The notes below the pieces were generated by a model that made no database searches, was not told the DNA's origin, and saw only the letters and a list, made by a program, of their open reading frames with translations. The position numbers and the translations under genes are program-made. This document shows, in pieces, positions 57,551 to 64,000 of a DNA stretch of 64,000 bases (position 1 is the stretch's first letter; every line of letters begins with the position of its first letter). The DNA is taken from positions 2,314 to 66,313 of the IMG/VR virus record IMGVR_UViG_3300031555_003048; one strand, written 5' to 3'. The DNA comes from a virus (Duplodnaviria; Caudoviricetes).

Positions 57551-57832
57551 ATGAAATTAAGAATTAATGAAGATACAAGAACTAATGGTTATTATATAGT
57601 ATATTACGGCGGTAATTGGAATCACGGTTCCTATAAGTGTAACACACAAATGGAATTGCGTGAGTTTTTATCTTCAAATATATTTGATAGTATTACTAAG
57701 ATAGAATATGTTGTTGATGAAACAGATAAGTGGAAAGAATTTGCTAATGTATTATATCAAAATGTAGATAGAAATTCTATAAGTGATGAACAGTATCGTA
57801 AATTGTTTGATAGAGGTATTACTGCTAAATAA
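57551..57832 (+). CDS. IxE-leader array protein (MKLRINE)
   Basis: GAAAGG RBS. Confidence 0.72.
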   Translation: MKLRINEDTRTNGYYIVYYGGNWNHGSYKCNTQMELREFLSSNIFDSITKIEYVVDETDKWKEFANVLYQNVDRNSISDEQYRKLFDRGITAK

Positions 57833-57890
57833 ATAGATCTGGCAATACTTATTTTTAGCTGTTCAGAAAATAGGAAAGGAAGTTATAATT

Positions 57891-58169
57891 ATGAAACTTA
57901 AAATTAATGAAGATGAATGGAGAAAATCTTGGCAAGATTATTTACCTACTGACGTAAGAAGTAGATTAGAAAGATGTAAAAATATAAAAGATGATATTTC
58001 TATTCTCACTAATTGCTATTATAATCATAAACTTAAAGGCAAAGGTAATTTTGTAGTAGAGGACGCTTTAGTTCATATACTTGAACTTCTTGATAGTAAT
58101 AGTCAGTATTTTGATTTAACTAAAGATGAATATGATGATATTTTATATTTGGCTATGAAACCCTATTAA
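57891..58169 (+). CDS. IxE-leader array protein (MKLKINE)
   Basis: GGAAAGGAAG RBS. Confidence 0.72.
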   Translation: MKLKINEDEWRKSWQDYLPTDVRSRLERCKNIKDDISILTNCYYNHKLKGKGNFVVEDALVHILELLDSNSQYFDLTKDEYDDILYLAMKPY

Positions 58170-58182
58170 AAGGAGAATAATT

Positions 58183-58977
58183 ATGAAATTAAGAATTAAT
58201 GAAAAAGACACATCAATGAAGTATAAAACTTATAGCAATATTGAAAAGTGCTTTAATATTTTGGTCAATGAGAAAGGTTATTCTAAAGAAGAAGCACAGA
58301 ATATTATTGACAATATATTAACTGACTATAAATATAATCCAAATTCAAATGATTCCCTTTTAAGGCGAATAAATTTAGTATTGCCGAAAGACGAATATGA
58401 AAAAGAATACAGAATTGCTGAAAGATTTACAAGACTGAAAGAGAAAGAAACACCTAATATAGAAGTAAAACATGAAGGTATATTAGAAGTTCCAAAAGGT
58501 AAAAATGTAGATGATTTACCATTAAGTCATTTTGTAAATTTAGCTAATAAGAAAGGTTTATCTAAAATTACTAAAGCTCTTAATAATCTTCAAGTTTGGA
58601 ATAAAAATGATGACCCTAAACTTTCCAAATGGGCTGGAGACATGATTGATAAACTTAATAAGAAGTTAAAGAAAGATGAAAGTTTAAATAAGAGTTTAGT
58701 TAAAGAAAGTTCTAAAGAATCTTATTGGAAATATTATCTAAATGATAAAGCTATTGAACGTATGGAAAATTCGGACCGTTATTTTGATGAACGTAGCATA
58801 AAACAGGTTAAACTTTATCCTTGTGAAACTGAAGATGAATGTTATGAAGGTGATTTTTGGTCAGTAAGAAAATCTGATTATCCATACACAGCTATATTTG
58901 GTACTAAAGATGAAGCCTACAGAGAACTTATGTATAGTCTGAATAATAGTATGTACGAAAGAGAAAACGATTTATAA
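58183..58977 (+). CDS. IxE-leader array protein (MKLRINE), multi-module
   Basis: AAGGAG RBS; internal KKDES and LVKESSKES junctions. Confidence 0.75.
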   Translation: MKLRINEKDTSMKYKTYSNIEKCFNILVNEKGYSKEEAQNIIDNILTDYKYNPNSNDSLLRRINLVLPKDEYEKEYRIAERFTRLKEKETPNIEVKHEGILEVPKGKNVDDLPLSHFVNLANKKGLSKITKALNNLQVWNKNDDPKLSKWAGDMIDKLNKKLKKDESLNKSLVKESSKESYWKYYLNDKAIERMENSDRYFDERSIKQVKLYPCETEDECYEGDFWSVRKSDYPYTAIFGTKDEAYRELMYSLNNSMYERENDL

Positions 58978-58992
58978 TGAAGTTGTTTTATT

Positions 58993-59148
58993 ATGATAAT
59001 TAAAGAAACTAATAATGATACTGTTAAAGTGGAAGAAGAAATTACAGAAGAAAATGGTTCTAATACTTATTCTGCTATTCATAGTTATGGTATAAATTTT
59101 GATTATTTATGGATGAATAAAAAACAAGGTGATAATTATGATAATTAA
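58993..59148 (+). CDS. IxE-leader mini-ORF (MIIKE, 51 aa)
   Basis: Not in the ORF track; its start matches that of ORF 60001. Confidence 0.5.
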   Translation: MIIKETNNDTVKVEEEITEENGSNTYSAIHSYGINFDYLWMNKKQGDNYDN

Positions 59149-59902
59149 AGAACGTTTAGAACAAACCAAATATGGTTTTGTAACTAATTATGCTGGTGAT
59201 ATTGTAAATTTTATGGTTAATAAACCTAAAATATATAGAATAACCTATTACCCTGGTTTAGATATTTATGCTATATGTGACGGTTACGAAAATATTCACC
59301 TATCAAATGACCGTTCTTTAGAAGAATTAGGATATGTTGATGAAGTTTTACACGATGAAGATTTCATTAATTTCCTATTTATCCCCACTGAATTTATAGA
59401 TGATAAGGAAAAGTGGGAAGTATATGGAGTTGGTGAAAATGAAAGAGCCTATTTAACCCCTATAACAACAGGTTATATTATTACTTATGATGGAGAAACT
59501 TTAACTCAGGATATATCAGAGTTATACGAAATTCTAAAAAGAAGACATTTACTTGTTGATCTAAAACCTAAAAACGATATTTTATTTCCTGAACTTAATC
59601 TAGATAATTGGGATGCCTATAATTATCTAGCTATGAATGTTTCCGCCTATCTTAAAAGTAATTCTGGTAGATTAATAATGGGTACTCCAGAAAAACAAAT
59701 GAAAGCCTTAAGACAACTTAAACAATATATAACAACTCACGAACGTCCTAAAAATTCTAGGTTTAAATATTGGGGATATTGGTTTGGCTACGATGATGAA
59801 GAACTGGATGAAATAGAACAAAAATTAAACAAACATTATGATGAATTACACGAATCTATTTTAAAATTAAAAATCAGAGAGATAAATACAATGTTAAAGT
59901 AG
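59138..59902 (+). CDS. IxE-leader array protein (MIIKE)
   Basis: AAGGTG RBS; ends LHESILKLKIREINTMLK. Confidence 0.72.
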   Translation: MIIKERLEQTKYGFVTNYAGDIVNFMVNKPKIYRITYYPGLDIYAICDGYENIHLSNDRSLEELGYVDEVLHDEDFINFLFIPTEFIDDKEKWEVYGVGENERAYLTPITTGYIITYDGETLTQDISELYEILKRRHLLVDLKPKNDILFPELNLDNWDAYNYLAMNVSAYLKSNSGRLIMGTPEKQMKALRQLKQYITTHERPKNSRFKYWGYWFGYDDEELDEIEQKLNKHYDELHESILKLKIREINTMLK

Positions 59903-60000
59903 ATTCTGGTACTAAGGACGAAGCTTATGTACAATTTATGATTGATTGGAATAATAGTGAACATGAAAATATAATTTATAAAATAAGGAGTTGTTAGGAC

Positions 60001-61251
60001 ATGATAATTAAAGAAAATAATAATTTAAGGGATGAAATATTTGCATTTTTAGATGAGACTGGTGGTTATACAGATTATAATCAAAAAATAGAAGATGTTT
60101 CAGAAGAATTTGGACTTTCCGAGGATGAAGCTGAGAATTTTGTTTGGAGTTGGGCTTCCAATTCTGATTTGGACTTGGAAGAATCTTATGATAGTGATTA
60201 TACTGTACATTATGGGGATAGAATAACTGCTAAAAATTTTCGAGAACTTATAGATAAACTTGAAGCACACGGTTATTCTTGTGAACACTATTATGATATA
60301 GATTATCCTGATAGTAATTGGCTTTATATCATTAAAGATGGAGATTCTTACGAAGCTGAGTTTTATAAATATCGTGATGGTGAGTACGAATTATATTTAC
60401 ATAATATTCGCCCTACAAAAGAAAAATCTTATAATGAATCTTATGATAGTGATTATACTTATGAAGATAAATATGAATACATAAAAAGTAAAACTGTTTT
60501 GGATAGCGATGGATTTACCACAGATTACACTATGTATTATGATAATGAAGATGATAAATATATATTCATTTATGGTGATGCTGATATTTATGATCCTTAT
60601 AATTCTGACCCTGATTGGGAGTGTGAAACTGAAAGAGAAGCTAATGAGTGGTTTAATAGTTATAATGAATATGATGATAGTTACCAGTTTGATGACTACA
60701 GATATTATGATGGATTAGATGAAAAATTATCCATTAGAGAAGCAGAACAGAAATATAATAGTGCCATAACTTCTATTAATTCAGGTAAATTACCTGCTGT
60801 ATTTTCTAAAGTAAGATTTGAACCTAATACTATAAATCTTGACTATGGTGGAGGTAAATTTGATAATGTTGCTGAATATCTGAAAGATAAATACAATGTT
60901 ACTAATTTAGTTTATGATAAATATAATAGAAGTTCTGGACATAATTCGGACGTGCTAAAACAAGTAAAAGAAAATGGAGGTGCCGATACAGTTACTTGTT
61001 CTAATGTTCTTAATGTAATTGCTGAACCCGAAATAAGACAAGAAGTTTTGAGAGATTGTAAAAAATATCTTAAACCCAACGGTACTTGTTATATCACGGT
61101 TTATGAAGGTAATGGTTCCGGTGAAGGTAAAGCCAACGATAAAAGACAGTCTTATCAAACTAATATGAAATTAGATGATTATATTGATGAAGTATCTAAA
61201 GTATTTTCTAATGTAAAGAAAAATAAAGGTATGCTTGTTTGTACTAAATAA
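60001..61251 (+). CDS. IxE-leader multi-module protein with C-terminal SAM-dependent methyltransferase
   Basis: MIIKE start; LEESYDSDY, YNESYDSDY and LSIREAE junctions; NLDYGGGKFD, YDKYNR, CSNVLNVI. Confidence 0.78.
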   Translation: MIIKENNNLRDEIFAFLDETGGYTDYNQKIEDVSEEFGLSEDEAENFVWSWASNSDLDLEESYDSDYTVHYGDRITAKNFRELIDKLEAHGYSCEHYYDIDYPDSNWLYIIKDGDSYEAEFYKYRDGEYELYLHNIRPTKEKSYNESYDSDYTYEDKYEYIKSKTVLDSDGFTTDYTMYYDNEDDKYIFIYGDADIYDPYNSDPDWECETEREANEWFNSYNEYDDSYQFDDYRYYDGLDEKLSIREAEQKYNSAITSINSGKLPAVFSKVRFEPNTINLDYGGGKFDNVAEYLKDKYNVTNLVYDKYNRSSGHNSDVLKQVKENGGADTVTCSNVLNVIAEPEIRQEVLRDCKKYLKPNGTCYITVYEGNGSGEGKANDKRQSYQTNMKLDDYIDEVSKVFSNVKKNKGMLVCTK

Positions 61252-61259
61252 CATTTTTT

Positions 61260-61627
61260 TGTCATACTTTGCCGGGTTGTTATAATCACGGTACTGAATT
61301 TCATAAAAAGCTAAACTGATTTATAATTTAATGGGATATAAAATAGATACTAAAGCCAACCAAGATACCTCTAAACATTTTAATAATAATATTATTATTA
61401 TGGATGAACCCCCTTATAAAGTGGTTTGTGATAATTGTGGTGCAGAACAAAAATTTGTCCGGCTAACGCAACAATTAAAAAATGCAAGCTACTATAAATG
61501 TTTTCAGTGCAATAAATCCTACTTAGTTACATATAAATTAGATAAAAGAACTGGTCAATATAAAGAGTTAATACCGAGGAAAACTATTGACGCTATAAGA
61601 GAATTACATCATATACTGGCAATTTAA
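61260..61627 (+). pseudogene. Truncated, frameshifted SprT-like metalloprotease remnant with Zn ribbon
   Basis: CHTLPGCYNHGTEFHKK (61260-61310), shift in an A5 run into AKLIYNLMGYKI...CDNCG...YKCFQC; N-terminal HExxH portion missing. Confidence 0.6.
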
Positions 61628-61668
61628 TAAGCATAATTTTTATACTTAAAGAAAGGAATTGATAGGAA

Positions 61669-62475
61669 ATGAAGATTAATGAAGCTAATAGTTATGGTTG
61701 GGAAGTGCCTGAAAATATGGCTCGGGAAGCATATGAATTTGCTTGTGATAGAATGGGTAAAGAATTTGTAGACGACCAAATAGTTGACGGTCTAAGTATG
61801 TATGAACTTGCTTCTTCTTTAGCATATCTTTTTAGAATATGGAATTTTGAAGAGTGGGATGAATATTTAGAAAATGAAGATGATGAATATATAGATGAAT
61901 CATTGATTAGAGAAGCTATGAATAAACTTCTTTATGCAAGTGACCTTGACATTGAAGACAAATTAGTAATCCCTAATGATAAATATTCTTTTGTTATTAC
62001 AGATAATGGTTGTTATGACCTTACGAAGAAGGGTATTTACCCTGTTTATACCTGGGTAGGTAAACAACATAGCAGTTCCAGAAGTTTAACTCCTAAGCAG
62101 TTAGATAAATTGGAATCTTTTGTATATAATATAGTTGTTCCTGCTATGGCAAAATATTGTAATGTGGATGAAAAAGATGTAAAAGTAAATGATTTTACAA
62201 ACTCCACAGATATGTATAGGGTTTGGGTAGACATTACAGATAAGAAAGAAAACGAATCTTGTAAGAAGAAATCTAAAAAGAAATCTATGAAAGAGTATAT
62301 AGATGAAGCACACGGCGTAATTAAGTGTGTAGAAACTGGTGAAGAATATGGATATAGTAGCTTAGTTGATAGAGAGTGGATTATAGCTGATTTAGTAGAT
62401 AAGGGATATACTTATAAAGATAGACCTGTTAGAATAGAAACTGGTTACAGAGAATACGATAATTATCTTGATTAA
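61669..62475 (+). CDS. IxE-leader multi-module protein (MKINE)
   Basis: GAAAGG RBS; internal LIREAMN and SMKEYIDEA. Confidence 0.72.
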   Translation: MKINEANSYGWEVPENMAREAYEFACDRMGKEFVDDQIVDGLSMYELASSLAYLFRIWNFEEWDEYLENEDDEYIDESLIREAMNKLLYASDLDIEDKLVIPNDKYSFVITDNGCYDLTKKGIYPVYTWVGKQHSSSRSLTPKQLDKLESFVYNIVVPAMAKYCNVDEKDVKVNDFTNSTDMYRVWVDITDKKENESCKKKSKKKSMKEYIDEAHGVIKCVETGEEYGYSSLVDREWIIADLVDKGYTYKDRPVRIETGYREYDNYLD

Positions 62476-62500
62476 TTTAGTTATCTTAATTGAATGTCTT

Positions 62501-62540
62501 ATAAGGGTTATTTTATATAGATAACCCTTATTTTGTTTCT
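62501..62540 (+). terminator. Intrinsic terminator closing the IxE array
   Basis: ataagggttat-N9-ataacccttat followed by tttgtttc. Confidence 0.75.
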
Positions 62541-62665
62541 GTTTTATATTTAATAATTTGTTTGCAATAATATAAAACTATAATAATTATAGTTTGTTAT
62601 AATTATTATAGAGAAATGATAATTTCTAATATAAAAGTATAACTATAGGTAATGGTATTAGCGAT

Positions 62666-62974
62666 ATGGACCCTACTATATTTTCATATTGTAGACGTCC
62701 TACATTATATACTAATAATAAGTATGTAATAAATTTTTGTAGAGAATATGGTATGTCAGTAATAATTAAAGATAATACTGACGAAATTGTAAATAGTTCA
62801 AAAGAATTGGAGACTTCTGTGAATAATACTATTTACACTAAAATAGGAAAAGTCATTCTTAACTATTTTAATGATGTAACTTTTGAACCTGATGGTATTT
62901 ATATTCATTGTTCCAATAAAGACAAAGCTATTAAATTGTATAAAGAAGTTTCTAATGCTATTGATGAAAGATAA
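62666..62974 (+). CDS. Hypothetical protein
   Basis: 102-aa ORF after a promoter-like region. Confidence 0.5.
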   Translation: MDPTIFSYCRRPTLYTNNKYVINFCREYGMSVIIKDNTDEIVNSSKELETSVNNTIYTKIGKVILNYFNDVTFEPDGIYIHCSNKDKAIKLYKEVSNAIDER

Positions 62975-63098
62975 TACTTAAATTCTAACTTTAATAATTT
63001 ATTTACAATCATAATAAACTTTAATAACATTTATCTGTTATACTATAAGAGTAGAAACGGATAAATGTTATTTTTTATATTTAACGAGGTGATAAATT

Positions 63099-63363
63099 AT
63101 GATTGTAGAAAAAATGTATTATAATGTAACATATAATGGATTTAACATTACAGATGGTATGGAAATTCCTTTAATTTGTAATAAAAAAAATACAATATTA
63201 GATTAAGGCAATGTGTAAAACCCGATATAACAAATAAGCAATTATTAACAGTTGAACTTATGGCTTTTGTATATGATACTAAAACTAATAGAGGTATAGC
63301 TTGTTTACCCTATAAAAGTTATGAATGGAATATAGAGCGATACGAAGATATATTTAGAGTTTA
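63099..63363 (+). pseudogene. Gene frameshifted in an A8 run (or sequencing error)
   Basis: GAGGTG RBS, MIVEKMYY...CNKK; second frame continues YNIRLRQCVK...EDIFRV to the stop. Confidence 0.45.
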
Positions 63364-63407
63364 AACAATTTAAGTCCACTTTAAGAAGAAATGAGGTTAA
63401 AACTTAT

Positions 63408-63588
63408 GAAGGCCACTGGAATTATAAGAAGAATTGATGATTTAGGTAGACTTGTTGTTTCAAAGAATATTAGAGAACAACTTAATATCGAAGCCGGAAA
63501 TGCTTTTGAAATATTTATTGATATAAATGATGGTGCAGTTGTTTTTAAGAAAGTTAATTTTTCCAGTAATGATAATGAAGATATTTAA
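63408..63588 (+). CDS. AbrB/SpoVT-family DNA-binding regulator
   Basis: MKATGIIRRIDDLGRLVVSKNIREQLNI..GNAFEIF. Confidence 0.88.
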
Positions 63589-63638
63589 GAGCAGAGTGTA
63601 ATCTATATACAGAATATGGTTTTGGAGGTTGTTTAAAT

Positions 63639-64000
63639 ATGATTAATCCTGATAAAGAAAGATTAGAACTGATAGAAAAGATAAAATCAAAAATACAAGA
63701 AGAAATAGACAGTAATATAAATCATTATAAATCTTATCTTCGTGAAAATGTAATTACAAATCTTTTATTTAAGCAAATTTGTTTTAATGTAACAGCGATT
63801 TCTAATTTAGAAAACTTTATAAATTTACCTTATGCTTTTTTGGAAATATATGAAAGTAATTTATATAGATTGGAAAATTTGTATATTAAAATTATGTTGG
63901 AAGAGTCTTTTAATGTTGTACATAGATATATTTTTCTATGTCAAGATTGTGGCAGCATTGTTCCTATCACAGATGAAATGTTTAACTCTCTTGAATTTAT
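63639..64000 (+). CDS. Hypothetical protein, 3'-truncated by window edge
   Basis: GGAGG RBS, open to the end; contains CQDCG. Confidence 0.55.
   Translation, partial: MINPDKERLELIEKIKSKIQEEIDSNINHYKSYLRENVITNLLFKQICFNVTAISNLENFINLPYAFLEIYESNLYRLENLYIKIMLEESFNVVHRYIFLCQDCGSIVPITDEMFNSLEF

Noticed and set aside
1203-62313. Numerous short minus-strand or nested ORFs in the track (e.g. 1203, 2583, 14417, 41992, 53775, 56618)
   Set aside because: Shadows of well-supported plus-strand genes, with low-complexity hydrophobic translations
1-64000. CRISPR array associated with the Cas4-like gene
   Set aside because: No regularly spaced repeat-spacer array seen; the Cas4-like nuclease sits in a recU-recA recombination context

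Overview
AT-rich, almost entirely plus-strand segment of a large tailed-phage genome, probably infecting a Bacillota/Clostridia-type host (SigA-like promoters, GGAGG RBSs, RecU, YopX, YkuK, AbrB/SpoVT, DUF4317). No capsid or terminase gene was recognised in the window. Layout: (1) 1-29.6 kb, replication/recombination/nucleotide module: nrdG, OFA-type MFS transporter, helicase loader, helicase, primase, DNA MTase, sigma factor, SSB, family A DNA polymerase, a dpdA-queC-HAD-queD-queE-folE-hpt 7-deazaguanine cluster, beta clamp, Cas4-like nuclease, RecU, RecA, NADAR, UvrD, MazF-like, GroES-like, and a full clamp loader whose DnaX carries a class-3-type intein; (2) 29.8-39.3 kb, mostly hypothetical genes; (3) 39.4-44.1 kb plus 48.5 kb, a tRNA/ncRNA array including a group I intron-split tRNA-Leu(UAA), a tRNA-Cys-like RNA with two inserted hairpins, and several unassigned structured RNAs; (4) an IS607-tnpB element and accessory genes; (5) 52.9-62.5 kb, an array of about 15 otherwise unrelated acidic ORFs, most starting with a shared peptide ending in I-x-E (MKLRINE, MKLKINE, MIIKE and similar). 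I infer this peptide to be a capsid-targeting/prohead-protease signal for a variable set of packaged and injected proteins; this is the best candidate for an undescribed system. All family assignments come from motif recognition by eye; no database searches were run.
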